From the NCBI GenBank assembly GCA_938049385.1, contig CALIBQ010000012.1, positions 74,131-138,130 on the forward strand: 64,000 nt of DNA, read 5' to 3'. Within the stretch, counting starts at the first letter, position 1; every line of letters begins with the position of its first letter. Below are positions 38,341 through 49,620 of this stretch, one piece after another. The position numbers and the translations under genes are program-made. The notes below the pieces were generated by a model, which made no database searches, was not told the DNA's origin, and saw only the letters and a program-made list of their open reading frames with translations. The stretch is from an uncultured Anaerolineae bacterium. GTDB lineage: Bacteria > Chloroflexota > Anaerolineae > JACIWP01.

Positions 38341-38366
38341 CTGTTATAATGGGAGCGCGGGCAGTG

Positions 38367-39374
38367 ATGACGGAGGAGCGGGCGGACATGGACGATCGGG
38401 ATGTGCGCTATCTCGCCGGCGAAATGGACGAAGGGGTTTCCGAAGCCAACGCGGAAACGCTGGGGGCGGAGCTGGCCTGGCTGCGCGAGGAAGTGCGCCG
38501 GCTGAAGGCTGTGCTCCCTGCCCCTCCGTTCGTCGAGGCGCCGGCCATCGAGGACCGCAGTGCGATACTGCCCCGTAATCCTTCCGAGAGCTACGAACGG
38601 CGGTCGCTGGCCGATATCCAGCGGCTGGTCATCCACCACAGCGCCCTGCCGGCCGAGATCGGGCCGGAGACCATCGCCCAGTTTCAGGTGCGTCAGCGCG
38701 GCTGGCCGGCCATCGGCTACCATTACTTTATCACCGCCGACGGTTTGATCATCCAGACCAATCCGCTGGAAACCGTCGCCTTCCACACCCGGGTAGGTAA
38801 TGAGAGCAGTGTGGGCATCTGCCTGGCCGGCCGCTTCCTGGACGATGCCCTGCCGACTCCCGCTCAGCTTGACGCCGCCGCGGCCCTGTGCGCCTATCTC
38901 TGCGGGCGCTTTGGCCTGCACGCCCGCGCCGGCGGCATTGTCGGGCACGGCGAGCTGGTAGATGTGGAATGCCCCGGCTCCCAGTGGAACGAGGGCCTCC
39001 GCTGGCGGGAGGAGCTGTTCCAGCGCGTGGAAGGACTGCAGACCGCCGCCGGCCGCCGGCGTCAGCGCGCCATTGGCCATTACCTGCTCTTCTGGCAGGA
39101 AGCCGGCCGCTGGGACGAGCCGGCCTGGGAGGCCGCCCGCCGCTATATCGCCCGCTTCCAGCCCATCTGCGGATTCTCCATCGAAACAGCGAGCCAGGCG
39201 GAATATGTGACCATCGTGGGGGATGAGAGCAAATTTCCGCCGGCAGTGGAGACCCATCTGCGTGAGGCCGGCTGTATCGTGGAGCGCATCGCTGAGAGCG
39301 ACCCGCACCGCCTGCGCCAGGCCTTTGACCGCATGGTGGAGCAGGATCAGCGTTTCCTGAGCGTGGGCCTATGA
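38367..39374 (+). CDS. N-acetylmuramoyl-L-alanine amidase (amidase_2/PGRP domain) with N- and C-terminal extensions
   Basis: LVIHHSA…GYHYFI…ICLAGRF amidase_2 motifs; GGGAG RBS; 4-nt overlap with scpA. Confidence 0.8.
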   Translation: MTEERADMDDRDVRYLAGEMDEGVSEANAETLGAELAWLREEVRRLKAVLPAPPFVEAPAIEDRSAILPRNPSESYERRSLADIQRLVIHHSALPAEIGPETIAQFQVRQRGWPAIGYHYFITADGLIIQTNPLETVAFHTRVGNESSVGICLAGRFLDDALPTPAQLDAAAALCAYLCGRFGLHARAGGIVGHGELVDVECPGSQWNEGLRWREELFQRVEGLQTAAGRRRQRAIGHYLLFWQEAGRWDEPAWEAARRYIARFQPICGFSIETASQAEYVTIVGDESKFPPAVETHLREAGCIVERIAESDPHRLRQAFDRMVEQDQRFLSVGL

Positions 39375-40195
39375 TGCAGGTGGAAGCAGTGCCGGCCGGC
39401 GAACCGCACAACCTGCCCCCATCCCCCAGGGAATACACCATCTCGCTCCCCGTCTTCGAGGGGCCGCTCGACCTGCTCCTGCACCTCATCGAGCGAGAGG
39501 AGCTGGACATCACTGCCATTTCGCTGGTCCAGATCACTGACCAGTACCTGCAGTACATCGAGCGGATGGAGCGGGTCAATGCCGATTACCTGGCGGATTT
39601 CCTGGTCATCGCCGCGCAGTTGATCTGGATCAAGTCGCGCGCCTTACTGCCCAAGCCGCCGGCGCCGCTGGAAGAGGAGGAAGAGGACCCCGGCGAACAG
39701 CTTGCCCGCCAGCTCCGGGAGTACAAGCGCTTCAAGGAGGTGGCGCGCCAGCTGGGGGAGCGCGAAAAGCAGGGCCTGCGTTCCTACGTGCGGGTGGCTT
39801 CCATCCCTAAGTCGCAGGGCAGTATTGACCTCGGCGGCATCACCCTGGCCGACCTGGTGGCGGCGGTCCGGCAGGCGCTGGCAGTGGCACCGCCGGCGCC
39901 CCCGGTGGACCATGTCGTGCGGCCTTTCACTGTCACCGTGGCTCAGCGCGCCCGCCAAATCCTGGAGAGGGCGCGCGCCGGCGAACCCTTTACCTTCCAC
40001 TCTTTACTGGATGAGGCCGCCTCGCGCATCGAGATCGTGGTGACCCTGCTGGCGGTGCTGGAACTGCTGAAGCGGCAGGCCATCCGCGTCTATCAGGAGG
40101 AGCTGTTCGGGGAGATTATCATCCAGGCCGCCGGCCCCCTGCCGGAAAATGCGCTGGAAGGGTTTCAGTCGGAAATGGACGGGTCGGCGGGATGA
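39371..40195 (+). CDS. scpA: Segregation and condensation protein A (ScpA kleisin)
   Basis: VFEGPLDLLLHLIEREELDITAISLVQITDQYL. Confidence 0.85.
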   Translation: MMQVEAVPAGEPHNLPPSPREYTISLPVFEGPLDLLLHLIEREELDITAISLVQITDQYLQYIERMERVNADYLADFLVIAAQLIWIKSRALLPKPPAPLEEEEEDPGEQLARQLREYKRFKEVARQLGEREKQGLRSYVRVASIPKSQGSIDLGGITLADLVAAVRQALAVAPPAPPVDHVVRPFTVTVAQRARQILERARAGEPFTFHSLLDEAASRIEIVVTLLAVLELLKRQAIRVYQEELFGEIIIQAAGPLPENALEGFQSEMDGSAG

Positions 40196-40614
40196 GGAAC
40201 CGCCCCTTTGTGGGTATCGGGGCACGCGTCCGCGGATGAGGCGCGCCGGCGCTCCCAGCGCCAGACCAGCCACAGCGCAATCAGCGCTCCCAGTCCATCG
40301 AAGCCCAGGTCCATGAGCTGGCCGTGCCGGCCGGGCACAAAGGTCTGATGATACTCGTCGGAGGCGGCATACAGCACCGCCAGGAGCCAGCTCATGCCGG
40401 CTCGCAGGCGCATGGGATGACCGCTCAGAGCACGACAGAACAGGCCGGCCAGCACCCCATAGGCGGCCATGTGCAGTCCTTTTTTCAATATCAGGTCCAG
40501 CAGGGTATCCGGCGCCTGCGGCAGGCTGGATTGGGAAGAGACGAAGAAGATGGCCCCCATCCAGGCTACCGCCGGCCCCCATTGAAACAGCCAACCTCGG
40601 AGTCTTACAAGCAT
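40165..40614 (-). CDS. VanZ-family membrane protein
   Basis: Multi-TM protein with DEYHQ…GR motif; convergent with scpA and overlapping it by 31 nt. Confidence 0.6.
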   Translation of the reverse strand: MLVRLRGWLFQWGPAVAWMGAIFFVSSQSSLPQAPDTLLDLILKKGLHMAAYGVLAGLFCRALSGHPMRLRAGMSWLLAVLYAASDEYHQTFVPGRHGQLMDLGFDGLGALIALWLVWRWERRRASSADACPDTHKGAVPHPADPSISD

Positions 40615-40628
40615 CTGGAACCGTGCCC

Positions 40629-41873
40629 TTATTGGCGTGTGATGGGGACATTGTAGCGCAAAGTGTGCCGACGCCAAATCCGCGTGTAGAACCCTTCCAG
40701 CTCCTCTGCCAGCCGGCCCCAGGCGAAGCGCTCCCGCGCATGCGCCGCGGCTTTTTCCCCCATTCGCATCCGTGCCGCTTCATCCCGCAGGGCACCGCAG
40801 GCAGTGGCGACAAAAGCCTGCCCATCCCCTGGCGGCACCAACCAGCCGGTCTCGCCCGGAGCGATATACATGCCGGCCTCGCCCACGTCCTCGGCGACCA
40901 CGGGCAGGCCGGCGGCCAGCATGTGGGGCAGTCTGGCCGGACAGCGCGCCCGGTTGATGAGAGTATCATCCTGTGGGAAGAGACCCAGGTTGCTGGCGAT
41001 GACAGCATCCTCCCAGTCCGCCGGCGCCAGCAGGCCCAGGTACCGGCTTTGCTGGCGCAGATGTGCATCCGCCCCCACCAGCTCCTGCCACAGCCGCTCT
41101 TCGCCGGCCAGGCCGGCGCCGGCGACCAGCAGGGTCAGCTCCGGCACGGCCGCACACAGCGCCGAGAAAAGCCGCGCCGCGCGGGTAAGCGCTATCTCGT
41201 GAAAGCGCGTGCTCCACAGGGCAACCGTGCCATCCGCCGGCAGTGTCCAGCGCTGGCGCGCCCGTGCGCGGCGCTCCCGCCAGGCCGGCGTGAAGGGAGC
41301 CGGCAGGTCTGCCGGGCATCCATTGGGGAGATACAGGATTTCCTCGGGAGCACGGCCGGCCTCCAGCGCCCGGGAATACAAGAGTCGGCTGGCGGTGGTC
41401 AGCCCGTCGGCATGTTTCAGCGCCCAACGCTCCAGGAACTCACGCAGGAGCGCCTCTCCCGGCCAGCGGCTAATGCGGCCGGCCCAGCCGGCACACCCCT
41501 CCCAATCATCCAGGTCGAAGATGACGACCGGCCGGCGGCGCTGGGTCATCAGCCGCATTCCCACGACGGTGCCGTGCCCCACCGGCTTGAAAATATGCAC
41601 GATGTCGGGCCGATAGACTGCAACCTGTTGAAAGGCGCGCCGCGCCAGGCGGGGAGAAATTCGGGAGCACCGCAGGTCGTCCACCCGCAGATGATGCACC
41701 GTTACGCCGGCGTCCTGGTACGTGCGGCCGGAGTCCGCCGGCGTATCCCAAGGCGGGATGACCAGCATCACCTCATGGCCGCGCTGTGCCAGCGCCTGCC
41801 CTAGCGGCAGAGTACGGGCGGAGGCCGTGCCCCGCACGCCCAGCCCGAACGGCGCCAGGAGCAGGATGCGCAT
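40629..41873 (-). CDS. Glycosyltransferase family 4 (GT-B fold)
   Basis: MRILLLAPFGLG N-terminus, EX7E-type C-terminal motif region. Confidence 0.85.
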   Translation of the reverse strand: MRILLLAPFGLGVRGTASARTLPLGQALAQRGHEVMLVIPPWDTPADSGRTYQDAGVTVHHLRVDDLRCSRISPRLARRAFQQVAVYRPDIVHIFKPVGHGTVVGMRLMTQRRRPVVIFDLDDWEGCAGWAGRISRWPGEALLREFLERWALKHADGLTTASRLLYSRALEAGRAPEEILYLPNGCPADLPAPFTPAWRERRARARQRWTLPADGTVALWSTRFHEIALTRAARLFSALCAAVPELTLLVAGAGLAGEERLWQELVGADAHLRQQSRYLGLLAPADWEDAVIASNLGLFPQDDTLINRARCPARLPHMLAAGLPVVAEDVGEAGMYIAPGETGWLVPPGDGQAFVATACGALRDEAARMRMGEKAAAHARERFAWGRLAEELEGFYTRIWRRHTLRYNVPITRQ

Positions 41874-41882
41874 AGATGCCTT

Positions 41883-42437
41883 TCAGCGCCAGCGGCGGGC
41901 CAGCAGGAGGGCCGGCGCACCCAGCGCCAGCTTCAGGACATCGCCGATGAGGAAGGGGAAAAGGCCGAGGGACAGCGCCTTCTCCGGGCCGACGAAGCGC
42001 GCCAGCCAGAGCAGGCCGGGCAGGTAAATGGCCAGGTTGCCCAGCGCCAGCATGCCCAGCGCGGACAGCGGCCGGCAGTCCCAGCCGCGGTCCTTCAGCC
42101 ACCCAGTGACGAACGCGGCCAGCAGGAAGCCGGCCAGATACCCGCCGGTCGGCCCCAGCATATAGGGCAAACCTGCCGCGCCGCCGGCGAAAACCGGCAA
42201 TCCGGCCGCGCCCTCGGCCAGGTACGCCAGCACCGCCAGGGTGCCGCGCCGGCGGCCCAGCAGGGCGCCGGCCATCAGCACCGCCAGCGTCTGCGCGGTG
42301 ATGGGCACCGGCGTGAAGGGCAGGCGCACCGCTGTCTGGGCGCTCAGCACCAGGCTGATGTTGGCTAGTGCGGTCAGCGCCAGCTCTTCCATCCACTGCG
42401 TTACACGTGCAGGTTGCAAAATTCGGGTCCGAGACAT
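41883..42437 (-). CDS. bioY: Biotin transporter BioY (ECF S-component)
   Basis: BioY family TM pattern (TAQTLAVLMAGALLG…LPYMLGPTGGYLAGF). Confidence 0.8.
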   Translation of the reverse strand: MSRTRILQPARVTQWMEELALTALANISLVLSAQTAVRLPFTPVPITAQTLAVLMAGALLGRRRGTLAVLAYLAEGAAGLPVFAGGAAGLPYMLGPTGGYLAGFLLAAFVTGWLKDRGWDCRPLSALGMLALGNLAIYLPGLLWLARFVGPEKALSLGLFPFLIGDVLKLALGAPALLLARRWR

Positions 42438-42530
42438 AGCCGCGCTCCCCAGGCCGGTGGGATATTCGGAGGTGCCGGCCCGCCAGGAGATAAAACCCTG
42501 CCGGCGGGCCGGCGTCGCGGGATGCCGGCC

Positions 42531-44372
<1,842 letters not shown>

Positions 44373-44439
44373 GGTGGAATCCCTCCTGTGTGGTGAGATG
44401 AATTTGGAGCATGCTGTACGCCACTGCCCATCCTTTTGT

Positions 44440-44640
44440 CCCGGCGGTCGCCCGCGGGCGTTGTGGAAGGGCTTTCGTTACGCTCAGGAGGGGAAGCGTG
44501 AGGGACGTGGCCATCCCTGGAGGCATCCGCTGATCCTTCGATTTTCTCCGCCGGCCTGGCGGATTAGCCCTGGCTCGCGTCAGGGAACCTCCCCCTCGTC
44601 AGCTCACCCGCTTGCGCAGATGAGCCCGTGCGCTGTCGCT
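44440..44640 (-). ncRNA. glmS ribozyme: glmS ribozyme (GlcN6P-responsive self-cleaving ribozyme) in the glmS 5' UTR
   Basis: Minus-strand RNA …GACA^GCGCACGGGCUCAUCUGCGCAAGCGGGUGAGCUGACGAGGGGGAGGUU…AUCGAAGGAUCAGCGGAUGCCUCCAGGG…CGUAACGAAAG matches the conserved glmS ribozyme core (AGCGCC P1, UGACGAGG-GGAGGUU, AUCGAA…CGGAUGCCUCC, CGUAAGGA) as remembered from the Bacillus subtilis ribozyme; sits directly upstream of glmS. Confidence 0.75.
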
Positions 44641-44701
44641 TCCCCACTGCGTCTTTGGAATATCTACATACACCGGCCCTCCTTTCCTCGAGGCTAACCG
44701 T

Positions 44702-44729
44702 ACTATACCACAAATCGCGCCGTTCAGCA
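44702..44729 (-). promoter_or_regulatory. Putative glmS promoter (TTGCTG-N17-TATAGT on the minus strand)
   Basis: Hexamers read on the minus strand ~60 nt upstream of the ribozyme cleavage site. Confidence 0.3.
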
Positions 44730-44737
44730 ACGCATGT

Positions 44738-44791
44738 ACCACGGACGATGGTCTATCGTTCGTCTATGGTCTGTGGTTCCATCGTCCACAG
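44738..44791. promoter_or_regulatory. Operator-like cluster: inverted repeats CCACGGACGATGG / CCATCGTCCACAG flanking three tandem ~9-bp repeats GTCT(A/G)T(C/G)GT
   Basis: Seen in sequence between the divergent glmS promoter (minus) and the TATAAT (44821) of the + strand Asp23-like gene. Confidence 0.3.
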
Positions 44792-44919
44792 TTTACCTCT
44801 GGACGCACGGCCCGGCCTAGTGTATAATGGAATCAGCATCGGAGGAACGCGTTCACGGCCAGGCCGGCGAAAGGAGGAATTGCCCGATGAACGTTTTCAA
44901 CCGTATCATGATGGTGCTG

Positions 44920-45507
44920 TTATTCATCGCCATCATCGCGCTGGTGGTCGTTACTTTGCGCTGGCCCTTCGCCACGATTGCTGTCGTCCGCAACTTCCTG
45001 GATTGGGCGGAGGCCCAGATTACCCCCTATACCTGGCCTATCATGCTGGCCGGCGGCATCCTCATCGGCCTGCTGTGTCTCCTGCTCATTATCCTGGAAC
45101 TGCGCCGGCCGCGCCGCAAGATGGTGCCCATCCGCAAGGTCAGCGGGGGCAAGGCCTTCCTGCTGACCGAATCGGTGGCCCGTCGGCTGGGCTGGTACAT
45201 CGGCCGGCTGTCCGATATCTCTCGCGTCACGCCCATGGTCTGGGCGCGCGGCAGTGGGGTGGATGTGCGCATTGACCTGGAAACCGCGCCCCAGGTGGAT
45301 GTGCCGATGAAGACGGAGGAAGTGCTGGCTGTGGTGCGCGAGCAGGTGGAGGATAAGATGGGGTTGAAACTGCGCCGCGTGCGGGTACAAGTGCGCAGTG
45401 CCCCCTTTCCGAAGGAGCCGGCGGTGATCGCCGCGCCCCCTCCGCCCCCACTAGTGCCGGCCCCCTCAACGCCGCCGGCCGGCGAACTCGACCAGCCCCC
45501 CGGATAA
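44920..45507 (+). CDS. Asp23/Gls24-family (alkaline-shock-like) protein with N-terminal membrane anchor and Pro-rich tail
   Basis: AGGAGG RBS; TM helix then LTESVARRLGWYIGRLSDISRV…VDVRIDLE…VLAVVREQVEDKMGLKLRRVRVQV Asp23-type pattern. Confidence 0.5.
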   Translation, partial: LFIAIIALVVVTLRWPFATIAVVRNFLDWAEAQITPYTWPIMLAGGILIGLLCLLLIILELRRPRRKMVPIRKVSGGKAFLLTESVARRLGWYIGRLSDISRVTPMVWARGSGVDVRIDLETAPQVDVPMKTEEVLAVVREQVEDKMGLKLRRVRVQVRSAPFPKEPAVIAAPPPPPLVPAPSTPPAGELDQPPG

Positions 45508-45990
45508 TTCCAGACGCTGGATATCCCAGCTTGGAATCACCCGCTCTTCCCACCACTGGGTGGCCCGACGAGAGAGCAGTCGGCACAGAAAGGGCGGCAT
45601 TCTCCGCCGGCCCATACGCATTTCCGCGCATACCCATCGCAAGCGGCCGGCACTGCCCCCTTCCAGGCGCCAGCGCATGCGCATGCACACCGGCCAGGCC
45701 AGGATGTGCCGAAGCCGCAGGGCGAAGGCGAATTCCCACGGGGCGAATTCGACCTGCAGGCCGGCCAGCACAGCGCGATCGGGAACCACTACCAGACAGC
45801 GGGCGAGGGCCTGGAACTGCGCCGGCGTCAGCGATACGGCAGTCTCCTGGCCGGCGGACAGGCTGTTCAGAATCTGCCGGCTTTCCGCAGAGCAGGGCAT
45901 GCTCCGCCAATCAGGGGGACAGTCGGCCGGCGCGAGCGCGCCGAACCACAGCGCCGCCAGGGCCAGCGCCGCCGCGATTCCTATCCACAT
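45466..45990 (-). CDS. Hypothetical exported protein (uncertain)
   Basis: ORF with predicted signal peptide MWIGIAAALALAALWFG; overlaps the 3' end of the previous gene; no family assignment; high-GC context makes a spurious ORF possible. Confidence 0.3.
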   Translation of the reverse strand: MWIGIAAALALAALWFGALAPADCPPDWRSMPCSAESRQILNSLSAGQETAVSLTPAQFQALARCLVVVPDRAVLAGLQVEFAPWEFAFALRLRHILAWPVCMRMRWRLEGGSAGRLRWVCAEMRMGRRRMPPFLCRLLSRRATQWWEERVIPSWDIQRLELSGGLVEFAGRRR

Positions 45991-46039
45991 CCATTTCCCG
46001 CTTTCCCCAGGCATGACTCCCATGTTCCGCGACAGGGAT

Positions 46040-46245
46040 GTCCCTCGCTGAAGAATGTTGAAAAAGTCTCTCGATTTGCGGGTATTGGCTCATCGCCTGA
46101 CAGTTGAAACTGCGGCTGTGCCTGCGAAGTCGGTGCAGGCCGACTTCGCGAAGCCTGCGCAGACAGGCTTCGCAGTTGTTGCCGCGGCTTCAGCCGCCGG
46201 GAAGCTCTTCCACAGAGTATGTTTGGACCCTTTCAACACCCTCCC
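46040..46245 (+). repeat. Copy B of the intergenic palindromic repeat family (longest copy), immediately upstream of scpB
   Basis: tgttgaaaaag…cagttgaaactgcggctgtgcctgcgaagtcggtgcaggccgacttcgcgaagcctgcgcagacaggcttcgcagttgttgccgcggcttcagccgcc…ctttcaacaccctcc; its reverse complement matches copies A and D. Confidence 0.85.
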
Positions 46246-46332
46246 CACCGTCCATTTTGTCCTTTGGCCAATCTATTGTAATATATCGCCAATAACTGGC
46301 AATGCCCCGGCAGGGGAGGGAGCAAGCCCTGG

Positions 46333-46944
46333 ATGTCCCAGGAGGAAATCCAGCACCAGGAGAGCACGCCGGCGCCGGCCGGCGAAGCGGAGAAAAGGCC
46401 GGCGGCCGCCGCGCCGGCGGAGCTGGTGCCGTTCATCGAAGCCATCCTGTTCGTCGCCGACGAGCCGGTCTCGGTCGAGCGCCTCGCCGCTACCCTGATG
46501 GTGGATCAGGACATGGTCGCGCAGGCGCTGGACATCCTGCGCGGGCAGTGCGCGGCGCGCGGGGTGCGCCTCCAGCGCAAGGGGCACCGCGTCCAGATGG
46601 TCACAGCGCCGGAGACCGCGGAAGTGGTCGAGCGCTTCCTGGGGCTGGATGTGACCAGCCGGCTCTCGCCGGCGGCGCTGGAGACCCTGGCCATCGTGGC
46701 CTACCGCCAGCCCATCACCCGCGCCGAAGTGGATGCCATCCGCGGCGTGCAGTCCGATTCCGTCCTGCGCACCCTGGTGAGCCGAGGATTGATCGAGGAA
46801 GTTGGCCGGCTGGAGCAGGCCGGCCGGCCCATCCTCTACGGCACTACCTTTGAGTTCCTCCAGTACTTTGGGCTGGAGGACCTTTCCCAGCTCCCACCGC
46901 TGGAGCCGGAGGAAAGCGCCCCGGCGGAGGCACCGGAGAGCTGA
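46333..46944 (+). CDS. scpB: Segregation and condensation protein B (ScpB)
   Basis: ELVPFIEAILFVADEPVSVERLA…two winged-helix ScpB repeats. Confidence 0.85.
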   Translation: MSQEEIQHQESTPAPAGEAEKRPAAAAPAELVPFIEAILFVADEPVSVERLAATLMVDQDMVAQALDILRGQCAARGVRLQRKGHRVQMVTAPETAEVVERFLGLDVTSRLSPAALETLAIVAYRQPITRAEVDAIRGVQSDSVLRTLVSRGLIEEVGRLEQAGRPILYGTTFEFLQYFGLEDLSQLPPLEPEESAPAEAPES

Positions 46945-46949
46945 ACACT

Positions 46950-48041
46950 ATGACGGTACGCCGGCGCTGGCTGTGGGGCCTTCTCATCGGGCTGGCCGCC
47001 CTGCTGAACGTGGGCTTCGGCCCGGTCCTGCGCACCTCGGACACCGCCGGCGCCGCGCTGTATCCGGAGCAAGCGCGGCTCTTGGCTGAGACCTGGGCGG
47101 GGCCGGCGATTTCCGCGCCGGCGGCGGTGATCTACGACGTGGATGCCGGCCAGGTGCTCTTCGGACGCAGTGCACATCAGCGCCGGCCGCCGGCCAGCCT
47201 GACCAAAATCGCCACAGCCCTGCTGGCCCTGCGCCGGCTGGAGCTCTCGCAGTCCGTAACAGTGGGCGACGAGGTGCAGGTCGAGGGCATGCGCATCGGG
47301 CTGGCCCCCGGCGATACGCTGACCGTGGAAGCTCTGCTCTACGGCACACTGCTCAACTCGGGCAACGATGCGGCGGCGGCCCTGGCAGTGGCGGCCGCCG
47401 GTTCCCAGGAGCGTTTTGTCGAGGAGATGAACGCCCTGGCCGCTGAGCTGGGCCTCCGGGACACGCACTTCGTCAATCCACACGGCCTGGACAGCGCAGA
47501 GCATTATTCCAGCGCCTATGACCTGGCTCTGCTGGCCAAGGCCGCGCTGGACAATCCGACCTTTGCCGCTATTGTCGCGACGCCGGCGAAAGAGCTAGAG
47601 GGCTGGCAGTTCCGCACCACCAATCAGCTCCTCGGTGCTTATCCGGGGGTGGATGGGGTGAAGACCGGCACCACCGATGACGCCGGCGAGTGCCTGGTCG
47701 CCTCCGCCGCGCGGCACGGGCATCGCGTCATCACCGTCGTGCTGGGGAGCGCCGATCGCTACGCGGATACCCGGGCACTGCTGGACTTTTACTACCGCCA
47801 TTACCAGTGGGTGCGTCTGGAACTGCCGGCCGGCCGGCTGAGCACGGAAACCGATGCAGGGGGTCATTTCCTGCGCTACGCGCTCCCAGCCGCGATGGAA
47901 GTATTGCTGGCGCGCTGGGAACGGCCCTGGCTGGGCATGACCTGGCAGGGCGATGGATGGGGGAACTGGCAAGCTGTGCGCTTCTGGGTTGGGGGCCGGC
48001 TGATCACGGAACAGCCCGTGCAGGTCTATCAGGTATATTAG
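46950..48041 (+). CDS. D-alanyl-D-alanine carboxypeptidase (serine-type, PBP5/DacA-like)
   Basis: SxxK (PASLTKIAT), SGN (LNSGND), KTG (VKTGTT) motifs; N-terminal signal/TM. Confidence 0.85.
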   Translation: MTVRRRWLWGLLIGLAALLNVGFGPVLRTSDTAGAALYPEQARLLAETWAGPAISAPAAVIYDVDAGQVLFGRSAHQRRPPASLTKIATALLALRRLELSQSVTVGDEVQVEGMRIGLAPGDTLTVEALLYGTLLNSGNDAAAALAVAAAGSQERFVEEMNALAAELGLRDTHFVNPHGLDSAEHYSSAYDLALLAKAALDNPTFAAIVATPAKELEGWQFRTTNQLLGAYPGVDGVKTGTTDDAGECLVASAARHGHRVITVVLGSADRYADTRALLDFYYRHYQWVRLELPAGRLSTETDAGGHFLRYALPAAMEVLLARWERPWLGMTWQGDGWGNWQAVRFWVGGRLITEQPVQVYQVY

Positions 48042-48049
48042 GTCGGGCT

Positions 48050-48934
48050 ATGGCAGAAGAGCGACTGCAAAAAGTGCTGGCCAATGCCGGCATCGCCTCG
48101 CGGCGCACCGCGGAGGAAATGATCAAAGCCGGCCGCGTCACCGTCAACGGCCAGGTGGTCACCCAGTTGGGCACCAAAGTGGACCCTGACCGCGATATCA
48201 TCGCGGTGGACGGCAGTATCGTCGCGGTGGGCGCCGGCCGCATTTATATCCTGCTGAACAAGCCGGTGGGCGTGATTTCCGCGGTCAGCGACCGCTGGGG
48301 CCGGAAGACGGTGCTGGACCTGGTGGAGCTCCCTGGGCGGGTATACCCGGTGGGCCGGCTGGACCTGGACAGCGAAGGGCTGGTACTGCTGACCAACGAT
48401 GGGGAGGTCACGAATGTGCTGACCCATCCCCGCTACGGCCAGCCGAAGACCTACCTGGTGCTGGTGCGCGGCGAGCCGAACGATGCGGTGCTGGAGAAGA
48501 TGACGCGCGGCGTGGAACTGCCTGACGGTGTGGCGAAAGCTCAGCAGGTCCAGCGTATCGCCGGCGTTCCTACTAGCACTCCCGGCATGACCCTGCGCAA
48601 ACCGGAGGGGATGACCTGGCTGGAGATCAGCATGGTGGAGGGGCGCAAGCGTGAGGTCCGGCGAATGCTGGAACAGCTCGGCCACCCCGTGGAGCGGCTC
48701 ATCCGCATCCGCATGGGGCCGCTGTCGCTGGGCCGGCTGGCACCGGGGGAATGGCGTCATCTGACGCCGGCGGAGGTGCGGGCACTGCGGGCATTGGTGG
48801 GGAAAGCTCTCCTGCCGCAGAAAGAGCGCAAGCTGTCCCGGCCGGTCAGCCCGCCGGCGCGGAGGACGTCTGGCCCGTCCACCCGCAGAAACTCACTACC
48901 ACGTAAGGAACGAGGGGGAAAGAGACAGCGTTGA
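48050..48934 (+). CDS. rluB: 23S rRNA pseudouridine synthase RluB-like (S4 domain + RsuA family) with basic C-terminal tail
   Basis: S4 domain (RLQKVLANAGIASRRTAEEMIKAGRVTVNG), GRLDLDSEGLVLLTNDGE catalytic Asp motif. Confidence 0.85.
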   Translation: MAEERLQKVLANAGIASRRTAEEMIKAGRVTVNGQVVTQLGTKVDPDRDIIAVDGSIVAVGAGRIYILLNKPVGVISAVSDRWGRKTVLDLVELPGRVYPVGRLDLDSEGLVLLTNDGEVTNVLTHPRYGQPKTYLVLVRGEPNDAVLEKMTRGVELPDGVAKAQQVQRIAGVPTSTPGMTLRKPEGMTWLEISMVEGRKREVRRMLEQLGHPVERLIRIRMGPLSLGRLAPGEWRHLTPAEVRALRALVGKALLPQKERKLSRPVSPPARRTSGPSTRRNSLPRKERGGKRQR

Positions 48935-49620
48935 ACAGGACGCCTTCGACCATTGCCATCGATGGGCCATCTGCCTCGGGCAAGAGCACGCTCGGCGGCC
49001 TGCTGGCAGAACACCTGAGATATATCTATTTCGATACTGGCGTCATGTACCGGGCGGTAACGTGGGAGGCTATCCGCCGCGGCATTCCCATTGAGGATGA
49101 GGCGGCGCTGACGCGCTTGGCGGAAGAAATCGTCATAGATGTTACCCGACCGACGGCGGCCGACGGCCGGCAGTATTCCGTGTTCGTTGACGGCGAGGAT
49201 GTGACCTGGGATTTGCGGCGCGACGAGGTGGATAAGGCCGTCTCGCCGGTGTCCGCCTACCCGGGCGTGCGCACTGCGCTGACCCAACAACAGCGCCGCA
49301 TCGGCCAGGGCGGTCATATTGTCATGGTGGGGCGCGATATCGGCACCGTCGTGCTCCCCGAAGCGGAGCTGAAGCTCTATCTGACCGCCTCACTGGAGGA
49401 ACGGGCACGCCGGCGCTACCTGGAGAAGCTGGGCAGGGGCGAGCAGGTCTCTTATGAAGAAGTGCTGGAGACCCTGCGCCGGCGGGATGAGATAGACAGC
49501 TCGCGCGCCGTGGCCCCCTTGCGGCCGGCGGACGACGCCGTGATCATAGACACCGAGAACCTGGGCATCCAGGAAGTGTTCCAATGTGTGCTGGGGATTA
49601 TCCATGATCCGGAAACCTGA
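48931..49620 (+). CDS. cmk: Cytidylate kinase
   Basis: IAIDGPSASGKST P-loop; TTG start overlapping the rluB stop. Confidence 0.9.
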   Translation: MNRTPSTIAIDGPSASGKSTLGGLLAEHLRYIYFDTGVMYRAVTWEAIRRGIPIEDEAALTRLAEEIVIDVTRPTAADGRQYSVFVDGEDVTWDLRRDEVDKAVSPVSAYPGVRTALTQQQRRIGQGGHIVMVGRDIGTVVLPEAELKLYLTASLEERARRRYLEKLGRGEQVSYEEVLETLRRRDEIDSSRAVAPLRPADDAVIIDTENLGIQEVFQCVLGIIHDPET

